The notes under the pieces: generated by a model
The model's input: the letters and a program-made list of their open reading frames with translations, nothing else
What the model was told of the DNA's origin: nothing
Databases searched by the model: none
Origin: Macrostomum hystrix
Lineage: Eukaryota; Animalia; Platyhelminthes
DNA: 64,000 bases
Assembly: GCA_950097015.1 (NCBI GenBank)
Contig: CATNEN010000032.1
Span: forward strand, 1,674,001 to 1,738,000
Reading direction: 5' to 3'
Part shown: positions 52,601 through 64,000 of the stretch, piece after piece
Layout: each line of letters opens with the position of its first letter
Numbering within the stretch: the first letter of the stretch is position 1
Made by a program: the position numbers and the translations under genes

Positions 52601-53642
52601 CACGAAGGGTGCCACCGCAGAGGCAACGCCGGCTGCGAAAAATGCCAACGCCAAGAAGAAAACTTTGGCGACAGCAACAGCGGAGACAAGTAAGCCCGCC
52701 GCAGCCGAAAACAAGCGAGGTCGACGGCCCGGATCCACCGCGAAGCCTCAGAAGCAGCAGCAACAGAAACAACAACAGCAGCAGCTCCAGCTTGTTCCCG
52801 GCGCCTCAGACGATGACGAAGATGACTTCGGTCTGCCGCAGGCCGAGGATCTCCTCCTGCCTGCTGAACGACGGAGCCGTTCATCCGCCTCATCCACCGA
52901 CAGCAACGACGACGACAACAATTTGCACGCTCCGCCTGGCCGTGACGGCATTTCCGACGACGACGATGATGACGATGACTCAGATCTGGACGACGACGAT
53001 GACTTGGATGACATTGACGATGTCGATCTTGTCGGCGGCGTCGGCGCCAGGCGCTGCGGTCGTTGCGCCCCCTGCCTGCGGGTTAGCGACTGCGGCCGCT
53101 GCGATTTCTGCCTGGATATGCCGAAGTTTGGCGGCAGAAATCGCCTTCTGGAGCGTCAGCGCTGTCGAATGCGCCAGTGCGTCACGCTCAATCTGGCTTT
53201 GAATGCCGCCGGTAGGCGCCGCAAACGCCGCGCCCAGCGAGATCAGCAGCAGCAGCAGCAGCAGCAGAGGTCGCCCAGCAAATCAACCAGGGGCGCCGCA
53301 GGCAGGCCTACTACCGCCGCACCTGCCATTTGGGCCGCCCCTTCAGACCAGCCAGTGCCCTACGCCCTGTCCTACGCTGACCACACATATTGCAAGCATC
53401 ACGGAATTCGCGCCGGTGCCGCTACCGATGCTTCTAACAATGCGATTGCCGCGTCTGTAAATTCCGCTTCCGCCGCTGTTGCAACTTCAGCCGCTTCGGT
53501 CGCCTCGGTGACTGTGGGATCTCGCAAGGGCGCCGTTCCGTTGACTACAGGAGCCGGGGATATGGTCGGCTTCTACACCCTGCATCCTGAGTCCGACAAC
53601 ATGGACATCACCTGGCCTAAGGAGGCTGACGCTGTTGTTTGA
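49665..53642 (+). CDS. CXXC1: CFP1/CXXC1-like PHD finger + CXXC zinc-finger protein lacking the C-terminal Set1-interacting region
   Basis: Exons 49665-49838 (GTAAGT donor) and 52086-53642, phase 0, 576 aa. PHD WCICRSTDIDRFMIACDKCEEWFHGDCI...FYCSKC (52182-52319). CXXC CGRCAPCLRVSDCGRCDFCLDMPKFGGRN...RCRMRQC (53055-53180), preceded by an acidic tract. Exon 1 assignment is moderate. Confidence 0.8.
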
Positions 53643-54484
53643 TTCTTTAAAATAATGTCGGACCTAGAATTCAGGCTCTAACTAAATTTCCTCTGTTCCA
53701 TCCAACCTTGCATGCCCGTATTGCTTTGGCGATCGGGTGTTAGCTGAATAAAATCATTGTAACCCTCCCTTCCTCTCTCCCAGTTTTTTGTAACTTTCTT
53801 GCGTGTCAATATGCATTAAGTACATATACATACTACTTATATATCCTATGCATAAATTGCCCGCATATTTTCTGGCAGCTTGTTGCAGAGCATTCATCAT
53901 TTGACAGTTGTCTGTTTAATTAATCCCAACCTTAGAGAATCCCAATGCCAGCTTCCCCTTTGAGTTTTTTTGCTTAAAGGCCCGCTTTTTCTATAGTCCT
54001 TTGACGCTGTCTACATTATTTGACCTTGATCTGTCCTTTATTTCTTTTCAGCAATTTTTTCGTAGCCTATATTTTACTTGTACTTTATCACCTATTGTTT
54101 TTGCTGCTCGGATCTTTGTTTTGTGACACTTAGTTTTTTGTTGTTTTAGTTTTTTTATCTTTAAAAATTCTTTTCCAAGCCAGTTTTAACCGTAGTATTT
54201 TTTATAAGCACTTTCTTGTTTAGCCTTAGTTAGGGAGAATCCGCTTAATACCAGTACTAATCATTCAGTTTTTTTATAACACAACCAGTCTTCGTTTTTC
54301 AAGTTTGGCCTTTTCATTGCGAGCCGGTAATTAGCTTTTTCATGCTCCGCCTCTGTGTTCTAAGCTCTTTTAACAATTAATTCGTCTTTTGTTACTAAAT
54401 AACTTTATTATTTTAGCAATTAATATATTTGTACGTTTCGACCTGTTTTTAATTAACATTAGCAGCTTATAATTTCCTCTACAA

Positions 54485-55130
54485 GGTTTCCCCGCCAGGG
54501 ATTCTTCATACTAGATTCTCCTGGCAGGGATTCCATAACTAGATTCTCCTGACAGGGATTGCCTAACTAGATTCTCCTGCCTGGGATTCCATAACTAGAT
54601 TCTCCTTCCAGGGATTCCCCAACTAGATTCTCCCTCCAGGGATTCCCAAACTAGATTCTCCCTCCAGGAATTCCCCAACTAGATTCTCCCTCCAGGGATT
54701 CCCCAACTAGATTCTCCCTCCAGGAATTACCTAACTAGATTCTCCTGCCTGGGATTCCATAACTAGATTCTCCTTCCAGGGATTACCCAACTAGATTCTC
54801 CCTCCATAGATTACCCAACTAGATTCTCCTTCCAGGGATTCCCAAACTAGATTCTCCCTCCAGTAATTACCTAACTAGATTCTCCTGCCTGGGATTTCAT
54901 AACTAGATTCTCCTGACAGGGATTACACAACTAGATTCTACTGACAGAGATTGCCCAACTAGATTCTCTTTCCAGGATTCGCCAATTAGACTCTTACTTA
55001 CCCAAGTACTATGTTTTACCTTCAGAGTTTTCCCGACTCATTCTTCTAAATTCGCGGGATCCCCCACTAAATGCCACTGGGGTTTCCCCTAACTAGATCG
55101 CCCCAAGGAATTCCCCCAACTTGATTCTCC
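54485..55130. repeat. Degenerate 28-bp minisatellite AACTAGATTCTCCCTCCAGGGATTCCCC
   Basis: Tandem periodicity decaying toward both ends. Confidence 0.88.
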
Positions 55131-56247
55131 TGTCGGTATTCTACCAAAATGATGACTGCTTCTCACGAAAATCAGCTGGCTCAACCATTCTACAGTGTCC
55201 TATTGCAGCTAAAGGCATCAATTGAGTGAATTAGCTTAGTGTCTCGTCGTTTTTTTCGCCTTCTGTTCTGTATCGTCCGAGTATAATATCCGTGTTTTGA
55301 AATAGTTTTGCTTGAATGTCCATTTTCTCATAGTGAAGTGAAGTTTTTTGACCTGCCTTCTCATTTTGACTGTGGTTAAAGTCTTCTCTGCTTGTGTCTT
55401 TTTAGTTTTACGTTTTTGATAGAAGCAGGTAATTGGTAAAATGATAACCGTCTCATTGTTGCTTATTGGCTTGTTCTTATTTAAGATTTCTAGCCCTGTT
55501 TCTTCTCCTAGCAGTCACTGGCAGCAATGTTTGTAGGTCGCCTGGTTATCTTACATAATATAAAGTAATAGAATATCATTGTAAAGATAATATTGTACAA
55601 CAATGTATCCGTGTACCATAGCGCATTGAATCTTTGTACATTGTGCGAAAACATGTAACACTGGAAATCCCAAACTGAACCATCATATGAATATATATTT
55701 ATACTTTGGCTGGCATCATGCTTCATCTTCTGCCCTGCCCTTAGTAATTCTTGTTAAACTTGTTGCATACTAAAACTATATGCTCACATTGTTTCACATC
55801 ATCTGCTTAGTCTCTATCACCACGAAAAAATAACATTTGATTATTGACTGGCAAAACACCCGACATCACCGATTGTTAATATTAAATTGTTAAGAATTAA
55901 TATAATTCACGTTCTGTTTGTGTTCTTTGTAAATAAAAACCTCTGACAAACCAGTTCTATATAGTTAGCAACTTTGCTTAATAATTTTCACTAAACAAAT
56001 ACTATTCAATGGAAGCAAATAGCGAATTGATGCGATTTTTCAAATTGTCTAAACATTCTACTTTTTGCACAGTAGTATATTCGGCAAGTGATAGTTCTAA
56101 GAAGTGGTTTATATTTTTTCTGGCCGTTGTAAAAACGGAGCAATGTTGAAATGACAGCCTCCATATTAACCGTCAATTTGTAGCAGTTAGGACTGGTAAA
56201 AATCGCCTACGATCGCCTACGGCGATAAAAATTGGAACATTCAGTTG

Positions 56248-59200
56248 CTAGTGCAACCCTGGGCCGTAACGATTATCCAGCAGACCATCGTTTAGCGTGC
56301 TGCGCCGCCGTTCTGAAAATATATAGCAAATCGTTTGCCAAAATATGCTTAAAACATTATTCAGTGAATACTGTGTTTAGATCAGTGAATACTGTGTTTA
56401 GATCAGTGAATTCTGTGTTTAGATCAGTGAATTCTGTGTTTAGAACAGTGAATTCTGTGTTTAGATCAGTAAATTCTGTGTTTAGATCAGTGATTTCTGT
56501 GTTTAGATCAGTGAATTCTGTGTTTAGATCAGTGATTTCTGTGTTTAGATCAGTGAATTCTGTGTTTAGAACAGTGAATTCTGTGTTTAGATCAGTAAAT
56601 TCTGTGTTTAGATCAGTGATTTCTGTGTTTAGATCAGTGATTTCTGTGTTTAGATCAGTGATTTCTGTGTTTAGATCAGTGAATTCTGTGTTTAGATCAG
56701 TGAATTCTGTGTTTAGATCAGTGAATTCTGTGTTTAGATCAGTGATTTCTGTGTTTAGATCAGTGAATACTGTGTTTAGATCAGTGATTTCTGTGTTTAG
56801 ATCAGTGAATACTGTGTTTAGATCAGTGATTTCTGTGTTTAGATCAGTGAATACTGTGTTTAGATCAGTGAATTCTGTGTTTAGATCAGTGATTTCTGTG
56901 TTTAGATCAGTGATTTCTGTGTTTAGATCAGTGAATTCTGTGTTTAGATCAGTGAATACTGTGTTTAGATCAGTGATTTCTGTGTTTAGATCAGTGATTT
57001 CTGTGTTTAGATCAGTGAATTCTGTGTTTAGATCAGTGAATTCTGTGTTTAGATCAGTGATTTCTGTGTTTAGATCAGTGATTTCTGTGTTTAGATCAGT
57101 GAATACTGTGTTTAGATCAGTGATTTCTGTGTTTAGATCAGTGATTTCTGTGTTTAGATCAGTGAATTCTGTGTTTAGATCAGTGAATACTGTGTTTAGA
57201 TCAGTGATTTCTGTGTTTAGATCAGTGATTTCTGTGTTTAGATCAGTGAATTCTGTGTTTAGATCAGTGAATTCTGTGTTTAGATCAGTGAATACTGTGT
57301 TTAGATCAGTGATTTCTGTGTTTAGATCAGTGATTTCTGTGTTTAGATCAGTGAATTCTGTGTTTAGATCAGTGAATTCTGTGTTTAGATCAGTGATTTC
57401 TGTGTTTAGATCAGTGATTTCTGTGTTTAGATCAGTGAATACTGTGTTTAGATCAGTGATTTCTGTGTTTAGATCAGTGATTTCTGTGTTTAGATCAGTG
57501 AATTCTGTGTTTAGATCAGTGAATACTGTGTTTAGATCAGTGATTTCTGTGTTTAGATCAGTGATTTCTGTGTTTAGATCAGTGAATTCTGTGTTTAGAT
57601 CAGTGATTTCTGTGTTTAGATCAGTGATTTCTGTGTTTAGATCAGTGATTTCTGTGTTTAGATCAGTGAATTCTGTGTTTAGATCAGTGATTTCTGTGTT
57701 TAGATCAGTGAATTCTGTGTTTAGATCAGTGATTTCTGTGTTTAGATCAGTGAATACTGTGTTTAGATGATATTGTTTTGTGTATTTTTTGCTGAGTATG
57801 GTTGCCATGGCAACTCACGCAGGTTGGCTCGTTCATCGCGCATGCGTTTTATGCAGCAGGCCAGTTGTCGCAGCCGTTCAACCCGATTGTCCTGCCTGTT
57901 CAAGCGCATCACGTCCCATGCCTTCCCCACCAGTCGGTCTGTTCTGTCCTGCCAACGCAGCCAGTGCAGCAGTCTGAGCGGCATGCTCAGCTCCCGAACT
58001 AACGCTCTGACTCCTTCCGGGCTATCCGTGGGCGCCGCCTCGGACAGGTGGATGCCGTGCTGCCAGATGTGCCAGCAGCTGACGCTCACGGATATCAGGA
58101 CGTCTAGCGCGATTTGAGCCACCTGTCTACTCAGACTGATTAATAGCACCAGGATTAGCACAGCCATAGGAACTGGGGGATGGGGCGTTGTTGCGTTGTT
58201 GTTTGAGGCGTTTCATAGTTTTAACTTTACTCAGGTGATTACACCCCAGTGTCTCAGGTGATTACACCCCAGTGCCTCAGGTGATTACACCCCAGTGCCT
58301 CAGGTGATTACACCCCAGTCCCCAGTGTCCCAGGTGATTACACCCCAGTCCCCAGTGTCCCAGGTGATTACACCCCAGTGTCCCAGGTGATTACACCCCA
58401 GTGCCTCAGGTGATTACACCCCAGTCCCCAGTGTCCCAGGTGATTACACCCCAGTCCCCAGTGTCCCAGGTGATTACACCCCAGTGTCCCAGGTGATTAC
58501 ACACCAGTGTCCCAGGTAGGCACACCCCAGTGTCCCAGGTGGTCACACACCAGTGTCCCAGGTAGGCACACCCCAGTGTCTCAGGTGGTCACACACCAGT
58601 GTCCCAGGTGGTCACACACCAGTGTCCCAGGTAGGCACACACCAGTGTCCCAGGTGGTCACACACCAGTGTCCCAGGTAGGCACACACCAGTGTCTCGGG
58701 TGGTCACACACCAGTGTCCCAGGTAGGCACACCCCAGTGTTTCAGGTGGTCACACACCAGTGTCCCAGGTGGTCACACACCACTGTCCCAGGTGGTCACA
58801 CACCAGTGTCCCAGGTAGGCACACCCCAGTGTCTCGGGTGGTCACACACCAGTGTCCCAGGTGGTCACACACCAATGTCCCAGGTGGTCACACACCAGTG
58901 TCCCAGGTAGGCACACCCCAGTGTCTCGGGTGGTCACACACCAGTGTCCCAGGTGGTCACACACCAATGTCCCAGGTGGTCACACACCAGTGTCCTAGGT
59001 AGGCACACCCCAGTGTCCCAGGTGGTCACACCCCAGTGTCTCGGGTGGTCACACACCAGTGTCCCAGGTGGTCACACACCAGTGTCCCAGGTGGTCACAC
59101 ACCAGTGTCCCAGGTGGTCACACACCAATGTCCCAGGTGGTCACACACCAGTGTCCCAGGTAGGCACACCCCAGTGTCTCGGGTGGTCACACACCAGTGT

Positions 59201-61339
59201 CCCAGGTAGGCACACCCCTGTGTTTCAGGTGGTTACACTCCAGTGTCTCAGGTGATTATACCGCAGTGTCTCAGGTGGGCACACCCCAGTGTTTCCTCAG
59301 TGTTACACCCCAGTGTTTCCCCAGTGTTACACCTCAGTGTTACTCCCCAGTGTTTCCCCAGTGTTACACCCCAGTGTTACACCCCAGTGTTTCCCCAGTG
59401 TTACACCTAGTGTTTCCCCAGTGTTTCACCCCAGTGTTTCCCGTGTTTCACCCCAGTGTTTCCCCAGTGTTTCCCCAGTGTTTCCCCAGTGTTTCCCCAG
59501 TGTTACACCCCAGTGTTTCCCCAGTGTTTCACCCCAGTGTTACACCCAGTGTTTCCCCAGTGTTTCACCCCAGTGTTTCCCGTGTTTCACCCCAGTGTTT
59601 CCCCAGTGTTTCCCCAGTGTTTCCCCAGTGTTTCCCCAGTGTTACACCCCAGTGTTTCCCCAGTGTTTCACCCCAGTGTTTCCCCAGTGTTTCCCCAGTG
59701 TTTCCCCAGTGTTACACCCCAGTGTTTCCCCAGTGTTACACCCCAGTGTTTCCCCAGTGTTACACCCCAGTGTTACACCCCAGTGTTTCCCCAGTGTTTC
59801 CCCAGTGTTACACCCCAGTGTTTCCCCAGTGTTTCCCCAGTGTTACACCCCAGTGTTTCCCCAGTGTTTCCCCAGTGTTACACCCCAGTGTTTCTCCAGT
59901 GTTACACCCCAGTGTTTCCCCAGTGTTACACCCCAGTGTTACACCCCAGTGTTTCCCCAGTGTTTCCCCAGTGTTACACCCCAGTGTTTCTCCAGTGTTA
60001 CACCCCAGTGTTTCCCCAGTGTTACACCCCAGTGTTACACCCCAGTGTTTCCCCAGTGTTTCCCCAGTGTTACACCCCAGTGTTTCCCCAGTGTTTCCCC
60101 AGTGTTACACCCCAGTGTTTCCCCAGTGTTACACCCCAGTGTTTCCCCAGTGTTACACCCCAGTGTTTCCCCAGTGTTTCCCCAGTGTTACACCCCAGTG
60201 TTTCCCCAGTGTTACACCCCAGTGTTTCCCCAGTGTTACACCCCAGTGTTTCCCCAGTGTTACACCCCAGTGTTTCCCCAGTGTTACACCCCAGTGTTTC
60301 CCCAGTGTTACACCCCAGTGTTTCCCCAGTGTTTCACCCCAGTGTTTCCCCAGTGTTACACCCCAGTGTTTCCCCAGTGTTACACCCCAGTGTTTCCCCA
60401 GTGTTTCCCCAGTGTTACACCCCAGTGTTTCCCCAGTGTTACACCCCAGTGTTTCCCCAGTGTTTCCCCAGTGTTTCACCCCAGTGTTTCCCCAGTGTTT
60501 CCCCAGTGTTACACCCCAGTGTTTCCCCAGTGTTTCACATCAGTGTTTCCCCAGTGTTACACCCCAGTGTTTCCCCAGTGTTACACCCCAGTGTTACACC
60601 CCAGTGTTTCCCCAGTGTTTCCCCAGTGTTACACCCCAGTGTTTCCCCAGTGTTTCCCCAGTGTTACACCCCAGTGTTTCCCCAGTGTTACACCCCAGTG
60701 TTTCCCCAGTGTTACACCCCAGTGTTTCCCCAGTGTTACACCCCAGTGTTTCCCCAGTGTTACACCCCAGTGTTTCCCCAGTGTTACACCCCAGTGTTTC
60801 CCCAGTGTTTCACCCCAGTGTTTCCCCAGTGTTACACCCCAGTGTTTCCCCAGTGTTACACCCCAGTGTTTCCCCAGTGTTTCCCCAGTGTTACACCCCA
60901 GTGTTTCCCCAGTGTTACACCCCAGTGTTTCCCCAGTGTTTCCCCAGTGTTTCACCCCAGTGTTTCCCCAGTGTTACACCCCAGTGTTTCCCCAGTGTTT
61001 CCCCAGTGTTACACCCCAGTGTTTCCCCAGTGTTTCCCCAGTGTTTCACATCAGTGTTTCCCCAGTGTTACACCCCAGTATTTCCCCAGTGTTACACCCC
61101 AGTGTTTCCCCAGTGTTACACCCCAGCTCACCGAGGATAAGAAAGGACTCAAACATGTCCCATTCATCTATGTAGGCCAGCTTGGCATTTTCCGTGAAGA
61201 TGTAGTAAAAGTCCGGCAGCAGTCTCTCGATTGATGCCAGTCGTCCGTCTCCTTCTCTTAACTGGAAGAAATTTCCCTCGTTGGCGACTCCATACATAAA
61301 GTTGCTGGCGTCCATCTTTTGCTTCTTATAAATATCCAT
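56248..61339 (-). CDS. Uncharacterised ~208-aa protein with a central hydrophobic (probably transmembrane) segment, 3 exons
   Basis: Exons 61339-61132 (GTGAGC donor), 58172-57819 (GTGAGT donor), 56312-56248 (acceptor attttcag); phases 1/1 join in frame. Coding-like GC composition; hydrophobic FESFLILVPMAVLILVLLISL spans the first junction. An unspliced read-through ending at 57763 is an alternative. Confidence 0.6.
56350..57768. repeat. 21-bp minisatellite TCAGTGA(A/T)T(T/A)CTGTGTTTAGA, ~67 units
   Basis: Tandem periodicity with three recurring variants. Confidence 0.98.
57801..57814. promoter_or_regulatory. Perfect palindromic RFX X-box motif GTTGCCATGGCAAC
   Basis: Exact match to the classical X-box palindrome; function untested. 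Confidence 0.35.
58230..59290. repeat. 23-bp minisatellite family CAGGT(G/A)..(C/T)ACAC(A/C)CCAGTGTC(C/T)
   Basis: Tandem periodicity; a 92-bp (4-unit) higher-order repeat is visible as identical ORF text offset by 92. Confidence 0.95.
59291..61126. repeat. 11-13-bp satellite CCCCAGTGTTT / CCCCAGTGTTACA
   Basis: Tandem periodicity; begins within about 5 nt of the donor at 61131. Confidence 0.97.
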
Positions 61340-61609
61340 GAATATTTGAATTAGTAGCTAAATTATTTGAAACTTTATGGACTGTGATTGTCTAATAAGT
61401 AAAAAAATTACAATTCGCCAAACGGTAGCTTAAATCAGACATTTAAGATAAGATGGAAAAGCTAATAATTAAAAATATAGATTTAGAAAATATGAAACCA
61501 TCTATGGTAAGATGGTAAGTTCCTGCGAAATTCGAGGAAGTTAGTTAATCTATAAGTAAACTGCGTTGCATTTGGGAAGCAGTAGAAAAACTGTACTAAT
61601 TCACAAGGC

Positions 61610-62540
61610 TTCCAGAGTCTACTGACAGGATTTCCACAGTCTACTGACGGATTTCCTGGGTCTACTGACAGGATTTCCTGGGTCTACTGACAGGATTTCC
61701 AAGGTCTACTGACATAGGATTTCCAAAATCTACTGCCAGGAATTCCACTGTCAACTGAGAGGAATTCCAGGGTCTACTGACACTGGGTATCCAGAATCTA
61801 CTGACAGGATTTCCAGAATCTACTGACAGATTTTCATAGTCTATTGATACAGGGTTTCTAGAGTAAACTGACAGGATTTCCAAGGTCTACTGACAGGATT
61901 TCCAAGGTCTACTGACGGATTTCCTGGGTCTACTGACAGGATTTCCTGGGTCTACTGACAGGATTTCCAAGGTCTACTGACAGGATTTCCAAGGTCTACT
62001 GACAGGATTTCCAAGGTCTACTGACGGATTTCCTGGGTCTACTGACGGATTTCCAAGGTCTACTGACGGATTTCCTGGGTCTACTGACAAGATTTCCTGG
62101 GTCTACTGACAGGATTTCCTGGGTCTACTGACAGGATTTCCTGGGTCTACTGACAGGATTTCCTGGGTCCACTGACAGGATTTCCTGGGTCCACTGACAG
62201 GATTTCCTGGGTCCACTGACAGGATTTCCTGGGTCTACTGACAGGATTTCCTGGGTCCACTGACAGGATTTCCTGGGTCTACTGACAGGATTTCCTGGGT
62301 CCACTGACAGGATTTCCTGGGTCTACTGACAGGATTTCCTGGGTCCACTGACAGGATTTCCTGGGTCTACTGACAGGATTTCCTGGGTCCACTGACAGGA
62401 TTTCCTGGGTCTACTGACAGGATTTCCTGGGTCCACTGACAGGATTTCCTGGGTCTACTGACAGGATTTCCTGGGTCCACTGACAGGATTTCCTGGGTCC
62501 ACTGACAGGATTTCCTGGGTCTACTGACAGGATTTCCAGA
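61610..62540. repeat. 22-bp minisatellite TC(T/C)ACTGACAGGATTTCCTGGG
   Basis: Tandem periodicity with a stretch of alternating TCT/TCC variants. Confidence 0.95.
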
Positions 62541-63035
62541 GTCTGCATTTTGTACTAATAGTATAGAGTGTCTTTTCGATCTACGGGCGTATTCTGCTTC
62601 TACGCAGTATAAAAAAGGCGGTTAAAAGGGCATTGTAATGATAATAAATGTTCAGAATTTTCACAGCCTTCTAGTCCAAAGAAAATCATGCAGTAAGATA
62701 TGAGCTAAAAATCAGCTTATTCGCATCGCGTCTCTCCAATTAAGGCTGTGAAAGTATGAAATTTCCTTGTTTTTTCGCAGCTTTAAAAAAATGCCACCCG
62801 ATTGAAAAATGAAAACGTGAAAAATCACTAATTTAATTAGAGATTAATTCGAGACATAACGCTCAAATGATTTTCCCCTTTGATTTTGCTAATTAATGAT
62901 TTAAAGGTATCACAAATCATGTATGCGTGTCGGTGTTTTATGTCTTGTCTTTTGAAACTTCACACCGAATATTGTCAGCGGGAGATCCCATTACAAGGGC
63001 TGCTGGGGAAGAATGCTAAAAGCTTCTCTTCTAAA

Positions 63036-63555
63036 CTCTCCTCTCCTCTCCTCTTCTCTCTTCTTCTCTTCTCTCCTCTCCTCTTCTCTCCTCACCTCTC
63101 CTCTCCTCTTCTCTCCTCTCCTCTCCTCTCCTCTCCTCTTCTCTTCTCTCCTTTTCTCTCCTCACCTCTCCTCTCCTCTCCTCTCCTCTCCTCTCCTCTT
63201 CTCTTCTCTCCTCTTCTCTCCTCACCTCTCCTCTCCTCTCCTCTCCTCTTCTCTTCTCTCCTCTTCTCTCCTCACCTCTCCTCTCCTCTCCTCTCCTCTC
63301 CTCTCCTCTCCTCTCCTCTCCTCTCCTCTCCTCTCCTCTCCTCTCCTCTTCTCTTCTCTCCTCTTCTCTCCTCACCTCTTCTCTCCTCACCTCTCCTCTC
63401 CTCTCCTCTCCTCTCAACTCCTCTCCTCTTCTCCTCTCCTCTCCTCTCTTCTCCTCTCCTCTCTTCTCCTCTCCTTTCCTCTCCTCTCCTCACCTCTACT
63501 CTCCTCTCCTCTTCTCCTCTCCTCTCCTCTCCTTTCCTCTTCTCTCCTCTTCCTT
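63036..63555. repeat. (CTCCT/CTCTT)n pentamer pyrimidine tract
   Basis: Direct reading. Confidence 0.95.
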
Positions 63556-64000
63556 ACACTCCACCTCATTTCCCCAATATTCGTCTGTTTCCAAGTCAGC
63601 ACACATTAGATTTCAAGCACTGTCTTCCATAGCTCCCAATTTTTTTCTATTAGTAATCTAACTGGGGATAATTCTGTGAGGATTTTATCCCGCATATCAA
63701 GCAAATCGGCTCCAGCTCCTGTATCGATTAGCGCGGCACTTTAAGTCCATCTGATTCACTGGAAAATAAGCTGGAAAATTTATAGAACCCTGTCTATTCG
63801 CTTCCTGCGCATCTCACTTTAGTCATAAATAATAACAATTTTGATATGTGCTGCTAGGAGGGGAGATTTCCCTCTTAAGTATGATCATAAAGCGACCAAA
63901 GGCGACTCAGTTTAGTAATACTGACCCTGGCCTTGGGAGAAGGGTGGGAGATATTGTGCCCCCTATCACTCTCTCTCCCACACTCAATCCTCGATTCCAC

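Overview
This is eukaryotic (animal) genomic DNA, not prokaryotic, so most entries in the ORF track are artefacts of tandem repeats or antisense shadows of GC-rich exons. GC-rich exons in AT-rich, minisatellite-packed introns suggest a flatworm such as Macrostomum; this is inference only. I reconstructed six spliced genes by hand from GT-AG sites and reading-phase arithmetic. Minus strand: mitochondrial Ile-tRNA synthetase (IARS2-like, 1996-7884), PICALM/AP180-like clathrin adaptor (10339-19552), Ca-binding mitochondrial carrier SCaMC (22480-31462) and an unrecognised membrane protein (56248-61339). Plus strand: EEIG1/FAM102-like NT-C2 protein (32049-48694) and a PHD+CXXC CFP1/CXXC1-like protein lacking the usual C-terminal Set1-binding half (49665-53642). 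IARS2 and SCaMC each carry one apparent +1 frameshift in a conserved exon. The window also holds a 557-bp MITE with 17-bp TIRs and an 8-bp TSD, two copies of a tRNA-headed CORE-like SINE, and about 35 different tandem arrays. Most arrays are private to one intron, often begin within tens of bases of a splice site, and several share core motifs or inverted partners. Array boundaries are approximate.
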